39,055 nt of DNA, from positions 1 to 39,055 of the IMG/VR virus record IMGVR_UViG_3300050145_000009, one strand, 5' to 3'. The notes below the pieces were generated by a model. It was given only the letters and a program-made list of their open reading frames with translations, was not told the DNA's origin and searched no databases. Shown here piece after piece: positions 1-9,463 of this stretch (the first letter of the stretch is position 1; every line of letters begins with the position of its first letter). Origin of the DNA: a virus (Duplodnaviria > Caudoviricetes). Made by a program: the position numbers and the translations under genes.

Positions 1-4
1 ACCC

Positions 5-28
5 AGCCCGCCCAGCGCGGGCTTTCTT
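5..28 (+). terminator. Rho-independent terminator-like hairpin
   Basis: Stem AGCCCGC (5-11) / GCGGGCT (17-23), 5-nt loop, then TTCTT. Confidence 0.6.
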
Positions 29-182
29 ACGCCCACATGCACCTCACCACCTGCCACTGCCCAGCCCGCCCGGTCTTCTCCGGCCTGCTGAGCAAGGCCC
101 GCACTGTCGCCTGTGGGTGGCGAGCGGGCTGTGGATGTTTTTCTTGTCTTTCAATTACTCCGCATAGCGGTACAATGTGAAT

Positions 183-593
183 ATGTGGACTAAGCGCGAC
201 ATCATCGTAAAAGCATTCGAGGAATTGACTCTGGCGGGGTCGGTTTTCGATCTGACTCCGGCTGAGTTGCAGTCCGCGCTTGGTTTGCTAGATACGATCA
301 TGGCGGAATGGTTGGAAATCAATATTGACGTTGGCTACACCATTCCTGATGGGCCTACGTATGACCTAGACGTAGATTCCGGCGTGGTGACGAAAAACGC
401 CCGCCGCGTCTGGCTAAATCTTGCCGTTATCCTTGGCGCTCAATTCGGCAAGCCCGTCGCTAACGTGACTATCAAGGGCGCACGCAAGGGCTATGAGGAG
501 CTGCTGATTGGCGGCAATGTGCCGGATGAAATTGACATGCAAGACGCCTATTTGTCGGGCGCTGGAAACATGCAATCGCGGGGTTGGCTGTAA
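183..593 (+). CDS. P22 gp4-like head-tail adaptor (packaged DNA stabilization protein)
   Basis: WTKRDIIVKAFEEL...FDLTPAELQSAL..LD..MAEW..GY and C-terminal GAGN motif; directly upstream of gp10; ATG at 183 preferred over GTG at 177. Confidence 0.85.
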   Translation: MWTKRDIIVKAFEELTLAGSVFDLTPAELQSALGLLDTIMAEWLEINIDVGYTIPDGPTYDLDVDSGVVTKNARRVWLNLAVILGAQFGKPVANVTIKGARKGYEELLIGGNVPDEIDMQDAYLSGAGNMQSRGWL

Positions 594-1987
594 TGCAGGT
601 GCCAATCCTGCAGGGCATGTATTCGTCGGGCGTTGACTATCGCTCATACCTGCCACGCAATATGGTGCCCGTGCCGAAAGGACAGGGCATCTCTGATGGC
701 TACCTGCGGCCAGCTTTCGGCATTGACTCATTCGCTACGGGCGTTGGCAATGATCGAGGCGCGTACAAATGGAATGGCGAGTGCTATCGGGTAAGTGGTG
801 AGTCGCTTATCAAGGTGGCTTCAGACGGCACGGTGAGCGTGCTTGGGTCGATTTACGGCACCGAAATCGTCGCATTCTCAGAATCGTTCGACGTGTTAAG
901 CATATCTGGAGGCGGCAGTCTCTATTATTGGGACGGCACTACGCTCACGCAAAACACCGACCCTGACTTGGGGAATGTGGTAGATCATGAGTGGGTCGAT
1001 GGCTATTTCATGTCAACCGATGGCGAGTTTCTGATCGTCACTGAGCTAAACGACCGCTACTCAGTGGTTACGACTAAATACGGCTCATCTGAAATCAGCC
1101 CCGATCCGATTCTGGCTATCTGGCGTCCTTCGTCTGAGGTCTACGCGCTCAACCGCTACACCATCGAAGCATTCCAAAACGTAGGCGGGACGAACTTCCC
1201 TTTCCAGCGCATCCCCGGCGCTCAGGTGAAACAGGGCACCATCGGGACGCGCATGAATGTGTTGTTTGCTGGGTCTATCGCTTTCGTCGGCTCTGGCCGA
1301 AATGAGCCGCCTAGCGTTTACATCATGTCGCCGGGTGACGCGGTGAAGATCGCCACGCGGGATATCGAGACTATCCTGGCTGGCTACTCCGAGGCTGTGT
1401 TGGCTGGCTGTTCAATGGAAGCCATGCAGGACAAGACAAACAACCTGCTCAAGATCAACCTCCCCGATCAAACACTAGTCTATGACGCCGCCGCATCTGC
1501 CGCGCTGTCTATGCCCATTTGGTATCAGCTTGATTCCGGCTTGGGCGCGAAGGCACGTTACACCGGCCAAAATGCGGTGTGGTGCTATGACAAGTGGATT
1601 GTTGCTGACCCTGCCTCATCACGGATTGGCGTGCTTTCAAACACGCATCAATTGCACTACGGCTCGCAGGTGTCGTGGGAATTCCATACGCCATTCATTT
1701 ACGCTGAGGGCGGCGGCGTCATTCAAGAGCTAGAACTCGTCTGCCTGACTGGCGCGGTGACTTCAGGCAATAACCCATTCATCTACACCGATTATTCCGT
1801 GGACGGTGAAACGTGGAGCCTGCCGCTAGAAACCCGAGCGGGGGCCATTGGTGAGCGTGGCAAGCGCATTGCATGGCGCAGGCTTGGGCGTGTGCGGCAT
1901 CAGCGGATTCATCGCTTCTACGGCTCATCTGACGCCTTTGTCAGCGTGACCCGGCTAGATGCGAAGGTGGAGCCGCTGAATGGATGA
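593..1987 (+). CDS. P22 gp10-like tail hub / packaged DNA stabilization protein
   Basis: ~464 aa; YPRN-like YLPRNMVPV, GYLRP, KYGSSEISPDPI, C-terminal DGETWS...WRRLG; TAATG overlap with gp4. Confidence 0.88.
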   Translation: MQVPILQGMYSSGVDYRSYLPRNMVPVPKGQGISDGYLRPAFGIDSFATGVGNDRGAYKWNGECYRVSGESLIKVASDGTVSVLGSIYGTEIVAFSESFDVLSISGGGSLYYWDGTTLTQNTDPDLGNVVDHEWVDGYFMSTDGEFLIVTELNDRYSVVTTKYGSSEISPDPILAIWRPSSEVYALNRYTIEAFQNVGGTNFPFQRIPGAQVKQGTIGTRMNVLFAGSIAFVGSGRNEPPSVYIMSPGDAVKIATRDIETILAGYSEAVLAGCSMEAMQDKTNNLLKINLPDQTLVYDAAASAALSMPIWYQLDSGLGAKARYTGQNAVWCYDKWIVADPASSRIGVLSNTHQLHYGSQVSWEFHTPFIYAEGGGVIQELELVCLTGAVTSGNNPFIYTDYSVDGETWSLPLETRAGAIGERGKRIAWRRLGRVRHQRIHRFYGSSDAFVSVTRLDAKVEPLNG

Positions 1988-2345
1988 TTTCAAGACTCGC
2001 ACGCTGACCCGCGACAGGCTGGCCTCGGTGTTTGGAAACCGGCCCGATGTCATTCGCGCTTTTGAGGATTTGCAGACTGACGTAGGGTCAACGACTCCAG
2101 CGCTTATTCAAGGCCTGAACGACCGTGTGGACGCTGAAGCTCTCGGCGTGTTTGACGATCACGCGCCAGAATCCGTGCTGTCTGCTGGTTTCGGCGTTGC
2201 CGTTGCTCGCACCTCAAACGGGTATCAAGTGGACGTTGTTCCGGAGTTTCTTGTATTGGCTCTGGAAACGTATCTAGACCGCCAACAACCCGCGCCAATT
2301 ATTGACGCATCAGGCATAATTGCGCAAAGCATGTTTGGGGAATAA
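1980..2345 (+). CDS. Hypothetical virion protein at the gp26 (tail needle) position
   Basis: Overlaps the gp10 stop; call rests on position only. Confidence 0.55.
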   Translation: MDDFKTRTLTRDRLASVFGNRPDVIRAFEDLQTDVGSTTPALIQGLNDRVDAEALGVFDDHAPESVLSAGFGVAVARTSNGYQVDVVPEFLVLALETYLDRQQPAPIIDASGIIAQSMFGE

Positions 2346-2696
2346 ATGGCTACTTACTCGCGAGAACTTCTGAGCGGCACTGCAAGCGGCCTACCTATTC
2401 CGGTGGCGGCCACTGCCACGCCTGGCACTCTGGTTCATACCGCAACGACCACGGGCACGGATAACGTGTTTCTGTATGCCTCAAACGTCACCGGCGCGGC
2501 TGCTACGTTGACCGTTGAATGGGGCGGTGTGACTGACCCTGCAAACCTGCTGTGTAAGGCGCTGTCTATTCCTGCAAACTCGTCTAACGTGCAGATTGCA
2601 TTGGGCCAGCCGGTGAAGAGTGGCGTGGTGATTCGCGCATTCTCTGGCACGGCTAACGCCATCAACCTGACCGGCTACGTTAACCGAATCGTATGA
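2346..2696 (+). CDS. Small beta-rich virion-associated protein
   Basis: Thr/Ala/Gly-rich 116 aa; GGAA-type RBS; inside the tail operon. Confidence 0.6.
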   Translation: MATYSRELLSGTASGLPIPVAATATPGTLVHTATTTGTDNVFLYASNVTGAAATLTVEWGGVTDPANLLCKALSIPANSSNVQIALGQPVKSGVVIRAFSGTANAINLTGYVNRIV

Positions 2697-3046
2697 TTTT
2701 GACGTATCCAAGCAAGCAAGAGGCTGAAGCGCTTTTCCGCGATGTGTGCGGTATTGAGTGCTTGGATGGTTGGAATTTTCTCGGCGTGAATGGTGCGGTG
2801 GTAATGATTCGCGGCAATGAAATCCACGTTGCGGCGCGTCCTGATGATCGAGGCCGGTTTGTAAGCCGTCGCGCTATCAGCGTTGTTCTTGGCTCGCTGT
2901 TGCAGATTCATGGCGTTCTGAAAACGTACATTCGCAAGAGCAATGCCAAGGGCGTGGACTTTTGCGAGCGATTGGGTTTTGTCCGCGTCGGAGAATCTGC
3001 CGATATGTTTGAATGTGAATTGAAGGAACTTCGTCATGCGGTATAA
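2693..3046 (+). CDS. P22 gp14-like / GNAT-fold head assembly protein
   Basis: EIHVA...RGR and N......FCERLGF GNAT-like motifs; directly before the ejection genes as in P22. Confidence 0.65.
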   Translation: MILTYPSKQEAEALFRDVCGIECLDGWNFLGVNGAVVMIRGNEIHVAARPDDRGRFVSRRAISVVLGSLLQIHGVLKTYIRKSNAKGVDFCERLGFVRVGESADMFECELKELRHAV

Positions 3047-3821
3047 CACGCACGCTCTAGAGCATCCAATTGGCAACCCGCATGACCGCGCTGGTGGGCG
3101 GCGCATCTATTGCGACCCGATCACTGCGAGTATTGCAGCGGTTGGCGGCAGTTTGATTGGATCTTCCATGAGCGCGAATGCTCAGGAAGACGCTGCAAAC
3201 GCTGCTGCTAACGCTCAGACTCAAGCTGCACAGATGGGTGTTGATGAGCAGAAGCGCCAGTTTGACGCATTGCAACAGCTCCTTGCCCCATACACCCAGG
3301 CTGGCACGGGCGCTCTTTCTGCGCAGCAAAACCTGATTGGCCTAAACGGCGGCACGGCTCAACAGCAAGCCATTTCCGCGCTGCAATCCTCTCCGGCGTT
3401 TACGTCGCAATTGGCAGCGGGCGAAAACTCGATTCTTCAGAACGCATCGGCTACTGGCGGGCTTCGTGGTGGCAACACTCAGGCTGCTTTGGCTCAATAC
3501 TCCCCGCAACTGTTGGCGCAGATGATCCAGCAGCAATATGCAAACCTTGGCGGACTGACCAGCATCGGCCAGAACGCAGCGGCTGGTGTTGGTAACGCTG
3601 GCATGAGCAGCGCGACGAACATTGCCAATCTGTACAGCCAGCAGGGCGCGGCGCAGGCTGGCTCGGCTCTGGCGGCTGGCAATGCTGCGCAGACTCGCTA
3701 CAGTGGCATTGGTAGTTCGCTGGGCCAGTTGGCTGGCTCTGGCGCTTTCTCCAATATGTTCGGCTCTTCGTCTAGCCCGAGCAATGCCCAGCTTGAGCAG
3801 ATGTACGGCTTCGGAGGTTAA
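3036..3821 (+). CDS. DNA ejection (pilot) protein, P22 gp7-like
   Basis: Ala/Gly/Gln-rich; EQKRQFD...LAPYTQAG and NASATGGLRGGNTQAAL motifs. Confidence 0.8.
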   Translation: MRYNTHALEHPIGNPHDRAGGRRIYCDPITASIAAVGGSLIGSSMSANAQEDAANAAANAQTQAAQMGVDEQKRQFDALQQLLAPYTQAGTGALSAQQNLIGLNGGTAQQQAISALQSSPAFTSQLAAGENSILQNASATGGLRGGNTQAALAQYSPQLLAQMIQQQYANLGGLTSIGQNAAAGVGNAGMSSATNIANLYSQQGAAQAGSALAAGNAAQTRYSGIGSSLGQLAGSGAFSNMFGSSSSPSNAQLEQMYGFGG

Positions 3822-5099
3822 ATGCCTAGCCCCTTTGATTACTCACTGAACCAGCAAGGCAATACCCTGATGGGCGGCTATAACGCTGGCTTTGCTCAGG
3901 CGCAACAATCGCAAGAGCAAGCCCGCCAGCAGGAAATGCAGCGCATGGCTGAAGCCGTGAAGCTGCAACAGCAGCAGCAGCAGATTGCATTGCAGAACCG
4001 CATTGCCTCTGTTGCGGATGGCCTGAAGAACGGCACCGCATCGGGCAATGACATTGCGTCGCTTATGGTTGCTGCGCCTCAGTTGTCGGAGGGCTTCAAG
4101 CGGGCCTATGACGCTTTGAGCGAGTCCGGCCAAAAGTCACTCAAGTCTGCCGGTTTTCAGATTGATGCCGCGCTTGATGCTGGCGACACTGCCGTGCTTA
4201 ACACTGTTCTAGATCGCAACATTGAAGCGTTCAAGAACAGCGGCGACCCTTCAACGGCCAATTCTCTGGCTGCTATCAAGAAGGTTGCAGAGACTGATGT
4301 TGGACGCGCAAAGCTGCTGGCTAAGATGTTCAACGCTTCGATTGACCCGAAGTATGCTGAGAACCTTTCAAAGCTAGGCGCTGAAGCTCGGGCAGCTGAG
4401 TCTGCACCTGTTGAGCTGGCGACCAAGAAGGCGCAGCAAACCATCGCGGAATCTGAGGCTGGTGTCTCAGGTGAAAAGGCGGCGCTGACCATTAAGCAGA
4501 TGGGTGCAAACCTGAAGCTGACCGGCGCACAGATTGCGCAGGCAAATGCAGCCGCCGCGGCTAGTAAAGCGGCAGCGGATCGCGACAAATTGCCGCCACA
4601 AATTACGCCCGCACAAAAGTTCGATGCTGAAGCAAAGCTGCGCAAAGAGTATGCAGATCAGACAAAGAACTACTCCGAAGTGTCGGAGGCATACAAGCGC
4701 GTCAAGTCGGCTGACAACAACGGCGCAGGCGATATTGCGCTGATTTACGGCTACATGAAGATGCTAGACCCTGGCTCGGTGGTGCGTGAGGGTGAATTTG
4801 CAACCGCGTCCAATACTAGCGGAGTTCCTGCTGGCGTGATGAATGCCTACAACAAGGCAATGAATGGTCAGCGTCTAACGGAAGGGCAGCGCAAGACGTT
4901 TTTGGCGCAGGCGGCAAAGTATCACGATGCCGCGCTAGAGAAAGAGCAGACCGTTCGCAAGACGTTGGAGCCAGTGGCTAAGGGCTATGGCCTAGACCCT
5001 AAAAACATCTTCTACGGTGAAAGCCCGAGCAAAGAAGTGCAACCCACGCCGCCCGCTGGCAAGCCTGCCGCAAAGAAACCAATCGAGGTTAACTACTAA
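3822..5099 (+). CDS. DNA ejection protein, P22 gp20-like position
   Basis: Helical Gln/Ala-rich 425 aa; KMLDPGSVVREGEF motif; second of three ejection-type genes. Confidence 0.65.
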   Translation: MPSPFDYSLNQQGNTLMGGYNAGFAQAQQSQEQARQQEMQRMAEAVKLQQQQQQIALQNRIASVADGLKNGTASGNDIASLMVAAPQLSEGFKRAYDALSESGQKSLKSAGFQIDAALDAGDTAVLNTVLDRNIEAFKNSGDPSTANSLAAIKKVAETDVGRAKLLAKMFNASIDPKYAENLSKLGAEARAAESAPVELATKKAQQTIAESEAGVSGEKAALTIKQMGANLKLTGAQIAQANAAAAASKAAADRDKLPPQITPAQKFDAEAKLRKEYADQTKNYSEVSEAYKRVKSADNNGAGDIALIYGYMKMLDPGSVVREGEFATASNTSGVPAGVMNAYNKAMNGQRLTEGQRKTFLAQAAKYHDAALEKEQTVRKTLEPVAKGYGLDPKNIFYGESPSKEVQPTPPAGKPAAKKPIEVNY

Positions 5100-6982
5100 T
5101 GCCTTACAGCATTACGACCAAAGACGGCATCACGATCAACAACATTCCTGACAACATCGCGCCAGATGCTCAGGAGCTGAAAGACCGTGTTGCCGCGCTT
5201 CGTGCTGGTGGCGGTCAGACTCGATCAGTCGGCGAAGAGGCGTCGCGTCAATTGGGACTGACGGCTCGCGCTGGCGCGGAAGGCGTGGCCGGTACGCTAG
5301 GCATTCTTTCAGACCCTATCGGCGCGGTGCTGAATCAGTTCATTTCCAGCGAAGACAAGAAGTTTGTCCCGCTGCGCAATGCCGTGTCTGACATGCTGAC
5401 TCGGGCCGGTGTGCCTATGCCTGAGACAAGCACTGAGCGCGTGGTTAACGCTGGCGCATCTAGTGTGGCTGGCGTACTACCTAATGTTGGCGTGGCAAAT
5501 GTGCTGGCAAAAGCGGCAAACCCACTGGCTCAGACTGTCGGTCAGAAACTAGGCGCAGACATTGCCGGTCAAGTGGGCGGCGCTGGTGGTGCTGGTGTGG
5601 CATCGCAAACGGTGGCCGAAAACGGCGGCGGCGGTGGCGCTCAATTCTTGGCGGGCTTGGCTGGTGGCGTTGCTGGTGGCTCTGCCGCTTCTCGTGCGGC
5701 TCGCCCTGCTGCGCCTGCTGTTGCGCCGCGTAATGTGCCGGGCATGGCTGATGCTGAAAGGCTCGGCATTCCCGTGCTTACTTCGGACGTTCTTCCTCCC
5801 TCCACGTTTGGCGGCAAGGTGGCGCAGGCTGCTGGTGAGCGCGTTCCGTTTGCTGGCACTGCTGGCGTGCGTCAATCGCAGCAAGGGGCGCGACAAGCGG
5901 CAATCTCCAATGTCGTCGGCCAGTATGTTACCGGCCTGGGCGACAATGCCGCTCGCGTGATTGCTGATGATGTGCTGAAGAAGAATGCTGCGCAAGTGAC
6001 CAAATACGCGGGCATGAAAGAGCAGGTATTGCAAAAGGTCAGCGGCATTGAAGTGCCGGTTGCCCGCACTACGCAAGCCATTGATGACCAGATCGCGCAG
6101 CTTCAAGCCACGCGCCTACAGTCGCAGCTTCCTGCTATTGCCGTGCTGGATGACTTCAAGCAAGCAATCCAGAATCAGGACATTGGCACGCTCGAGCAGA
6201 TTCGTAAGCGCTTGGGCGATCAGCTTGCAGACCCGAATAACGCAGGCATCCGCGCCCCGCTTGAGAAGGCATCCAGCGTTGTTTATGGCGCGCTGAAACA
6301 AGACTTCGGCGAGTTCATTGCAAACCAAAGCGGCCCATCCGATGCGCTGCGGTGGTCACGCGCAAACAAGGCCCTGTCAGAGCTGATTGGCGAGGCATCA
6401 AATAGCAAGCTGAAGAACCTTCTCAACAAGGGCGAGGCTACGCCTGAACTGGTCAATTCGATGCTGTTTTCCAAGAACGCCAGCGATGCAGAACGGCTGG
6501 CGCGTCGGTTGTCTCCGCAAGGTCGGGCTAATGCTCAGTCAGCCATTCTTGAAAACATCGTTGCTAAAGCTGGCGGGCTTGAGAATGTCAGCACTGCTAA
6601 GTTCGTGACTGCTCTTAATGATGCTCGCGCACCCGTAAGCGCATTCTTCAAGGGCAGCGATGCTGCACAGCTTGAGGGATTGGTTAGGGCGCTTCGCCTG
6701 ACCGAGCGTGCGGCGGCTGCGTCTGTAGCTCCTGCAACTGGTGTGCAGAATTTTCAGTTGGCAGGCGCTACGTTGCTGGGAAGTTTTCTCGGTGGGCCCG
6801 GCTCAATCGCTGCGGCTGGCGCTGTTGGCGCTGGCGCTCGTGCGTATGAATCGAAAACCGTGCGCAATCTGCTGATGAAGCTCGGCAACACCAAAAACGG
6901 GTCACAATCTGAAGCGGCATTGCTTGCCAAACTGCAAGCGGCCATCATCGCCAATCAAAACACTCAAGAGCCTACGCCATGA
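5099..6982 (+). CDS. DNA ejection/transfer protein, P22 gp16-like
   Basis: PVLTSDVLPPSTFGGK...ER.P..GT.G.R..QQ..R, KGEATPELV and ARAYESKTVRNLLMKL motifs. Confidence 0.78.
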   Translation: MPYSITTKDGITINNIPDNIAPDAQELKDRVAALRAGGGQTRSVGEEASRQLGLTARAGAEGVAGTLGILSDPIGAVLNQFISSEDKKFVPLRNAVSDMLTRAGVPMPETSTERVVNAGASSVAGVLPNVGVANVLAKAANPLAQTVGQKLGADIAGQVGGAGGAGVASQTVAENGGGGGAQFLAGLAGGVAGGSAASRAARPAAPAVAPRNVPGMADAERLGIPVLTSDVLPPSTFGGKVAQAAGERVPFAGTAGVRQSQQGARQAAISNVVGQYVTGLGDNAARVIADDVLKKNAAQVTKYAGMKEQVLQKVSGIEVPVARTTQAIDDQIAQLQATRLQSQLPAIAVLDDFKQAIQNQDIGTLEQIRKRLGDQLADPNNAGIRAPLEKASSVVYGALKQDFGEFIANQSGPSDALRWSRANKALSELIGEASNSKLKNLLNKGEATPELVNSMLFSKNASDAERLARRLSPQGRANAQSAILENIVAKAGGLENVSTAKFVTALNDARAPVSAFFKGSDAAQLEGLVRALRLTERAAAASVAPATGVQNFQLAGATLLGSFLGGPGSIAAAGAVGAGARAYESKTVRNLLMKLGNTKNGSQSEAALLAKLQAAIIANQNTQEPTP

Positions 6983-8970
6983 TCGCAATCTCTCAACCGT
7001 TCCCGCAATTCTTCGAGGCTGACGGCTCTCCGCTGGATAACGGTTACGTCTACATTGGCACGGCTAATCTAGACCCTGAAACCAATCCAATCTCGGCTTA
7101 TTGGGATCAGGCGGGAACCATTCCCGCAACGCTTCCGGCTCGCACGCTGAATGGGTATGTTGTCAATGGCTCTACGCCGTCTAACCTGTACGTCAACTCC
7201 GCATATTCAATGCGAGTCAAAACGGCAGGCGGCACGACCGTGTTTACTATGCTTGACTCCACGTATGGCGTGACCAGCAGCGTTTTGTCAGAGCTGGCAA
7301 ACACTACCAGCGCGACTAAGGGTGCGGGCCTGGTGGGCTTTTCCTCGCTGCTGTCTTACGCGGCAGGCACTGTTGGCGGCTTCCTGAAGTCGCTTTCGTC
7401 CACTGTTCTCGGCTCGGATGGTGCAAAGAATATCGGCATTCGTCGATCAGGCGTCACGAGCACGCCTACCAATCTGCACGACTGGATCGAGGCGCTGCCG
7501 TTTCGTAATGCGCTGACCGACTACGGCACTATCCAAGCGGCCATTGACGCGGCCAATGCTGCTGGTGGTGGCAAGGTTGTGATTCCTCGCAAGGCTAGCG
7601 GTTGGAATCTCGGAACGACTGGCCTTACCTTGTATTCCAATGTGATCTTGGAAGGCGAGGTGGAGCCATACGTGGCTAGCACTCGCGGCGTTGAATTGGT
7701 CTATTCCGGCAGCGGCTCCGCAATCTCTGGCGTATCGCTGCTGAATGTGCATGTGCGGCATTTGTCGATTGACTGCACGGCGGCAACTGGCGCGGCTGTG
7801 ACGGGCATGTTTTTCGACGGCATCTGGCTGTCTTCGTTTTCCGATATCCGCATCAAGGGCGCGACTGCTTGGAAAGGTTATGGCATCCTTGTTCGCACTG
7901 GCGCGGCGGCTGGCCCTTGGGGCGCACAACACGTCACGTTTGATCGCATTGAATGCCCCGATGGCATCATCCGACTTGAAGGCCCAAGCCCGTCAGACGG
8001 CGTGACCACGACTGTCCTAAACACCGTTCGCGGCTATCAGTACGAATTTCAGAACGCTCAAGGTGCGCTGATTAACTGCACCTCGGAAATATTCGGCGTT
8101 GCATATAACGCGGGCACGACTTACGCGGCTGGCGCTCATGTGCTGGATAGTGGCGTGATGTACGTTGCCAAGCAATCAACGACCGGCAATGCGGTAAGCA
8201 ATGGAACATATTGGCGTCCGCTGTCTGGCTACGGCATGCTGTTCGAGGGGGCCGGAACCAATATGACGGTAATGGCCTGCGATATGGAGGGGAATCTTCC
8301 GGCTGGCGTCAGTATTTCCGGCAATGCTTCAGTGCGAGAGGCTGGCGCTGGCTGGATTTGGAATGGCTTCTCTGGTGCTAATCGAGTCACCGGCTCCACC
8401 GACACGGCCCGTAGTTATGGCGGGTCTTATGAGTGGATTGGCCCGCTGGCCGTTGGCACTCCGGTAACGGTGGAGACTTTCGGCAATCAGAATCTGCCTT
8501 CGTACCTTGAAGAGCAGATCGTGCCGGTCAACGTCACGGGCGGATCGCAGGATGCTTATCGCCGCTGGTATCGGTATATAAACGGCACCAAGGTGCTTAC
8601 GCATGAATTCCAGCGCAATGCACTGGTAGAGCATTCCAAGGACTTCAGTGCAACATCAGCGCAAACCGTGCTGCAAATCCTTATCCCTACTGGCCGGGGT
8701 GTTCAGGTAGATTGCCAAGTAGAGGGTGTCCAGATTGGCGACCAATCATTTAGCATCGCACAGCGCGTTGTGGCTCGCAACAATTCAGGCACGGTGACGT
8801 TTACCGCCGATACTGCTTTGAGCATTCCGGGTGGATACGGTGGAGCGTTCAGTTTCGTGGCATCTGGCAATTACCTGCAAATCAAATACACTCCAACCAC
8901 GTCAAACGCTAGCACGCTGCAATTCAGCTTTCATGTGCGCGGCGGCTTCTCCAGCTTTATCAAGGGTTAA
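6979..8970 (+). CDS. Tailspike with N-terminal head-binding domain and beta-helix body
   Basis: PFPQFFEADGSPLDNGYVYIG..NLDP..NPI..YWD head-binding motif; TIQAAIDAANAAGGGKVVIP pectate-lyase-3-type start. Confidence 0.85.
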   Translation: MIAISQPFPQFFEADGSPLDNGYVYIGTANLDPETNPISAYWDQAGTIPATLPARTLNGYVVNGSTPSNLYVNSAYSMRVKTAGGTTVFTMLDSTYGVTSSVLSELANTTSATKGAGLVGFSSLLSYAAGTVGGFLKSLSSTVLGSDGAKNIGIRRSGVTSTPTNLHDWIEALPFRNALTDYGTIQAAIDAANAAGGGKVVIPRKASGWNLGTTGLTLYSNVILEGEVEPYVASTRGVELVYSGSGSAISGVSLLNVHVRHLSIDCTAATGAAVTGMFFDGIWLSSFSDIRIKGATAWKGYGILVRTGAAAGPWGAQHVTFDRIECPDGIIRLEGPSPSDGVTTTVLNTVRGYQYEFQNAQGALINCTSEIFGVAYNAGTTYAAGAHVLDSGVMYVAKQSTTGNAVSNGTYWRPLSGYGMLFEGAGTNMTVMACDMEGNLPAGVSISGNASVREAGAGWIWNGFSGANRVTGSTDTARSYGGSYEWIGPLAVGTPVTVETFGNQNLPSYLEEQIVPVNVTGGSQDAYRRWYRYINGTKVLTHEFQRNALVEHSKDFSATSAQTVLQILIPTGRGVQVDCQVEGVQIGDQSFSIAQRVVARNNSGTVTFTADTALSIPGGYGGAFSFVASGNYLQIKYTPTTSNASTLQFSFHVRGGFSSFIKG

Positions 8971-8972
8971 CC

Positions 8973-9110
8973 ATGAATCTCATTCGCTCCAAAATCGCAG
9001 CAGTCCTGTACGCGCTGGCTGACCGTATCGCCCCGCTGGATGGCGGCCCCAAGCGGCCTCTGTCTAAAGCCGCATCGGCCAATCTCGACGGCGGGCCTAA
9101 GCGGCCATGA
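8973..9110 (+). CDS. 45-aa peptide with a duplicated LDGGPKRP motif (absent from the ORF track)
   Basis: MNLIRSKIAAVLYALADRIAPLDGGPKRPLSKAASANLDGGPKRP*; starts 2 nt after the tailspike stop and overlaps the next gene by ATGA. Confidence 0.7.
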   Translation: MNLIRSKIAAVLYALADRIAPLDGGPKRPLSKAASANLDGGPKRP

Positions 9111-9463
9111 TCTGGCTCGCGGCTGTTCTGCTTTTGATTGGTGCGGCTCGGCATTTGCTGACCGCATCAATGCCTGATCTTGCTTTGCAAATTTGGGATA
9201 TTTCAGCCGCGCTTTCGATTGTTGTTTGTCTGGTTGCTGTGAGTTATCTCACAAAAAGCCGTGCGCTGATTGCCGTGGCAATCTGGTGGTGTTTTGAGGA
9301 ATTTCTCACGATATACTGCGGCACACTAGACATTTTGTTTCCAGTCGGAACGGCTGAAAGCATGTGCAGTGGGCATGTAGGCTGGTCGTTTGCGCCTATC
9401 TCGCTTGGTGCTGTGTCAGGAATTGCACTATATCTGCACAAATCATGCAAGAACCAAACCTAG
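9107..9463 (+). CDS. Small multi-pass membrane protein, function unknown
   Basis: About four hydrophobic segments; WWCFEEFLTIYCG motif. Confidence 0.7.
   Translation: MIWLAAVLLLIGAARHLLTASMPDLALQIWDISAALSIVVCLVAVSYLTKSRALIAVAIWWCFEEFLTIYCGTLDILFPVGTAESMCSGHVGWSFAPISLGAVSGIALYLHKSCKNQT

Noticed and set aside
37-180. 47-aa Cys-rich ORF at the window start
   Set aside because: No RBS, lies within GC-rich hairpins, no recognisable motif
183-510. Terminal redundancy or assembly duplication as the cause of the two gp4 copies
   Set aside because: The copies differ at many synonymous sites and by a one-codon indel, so they are diverged paralogs
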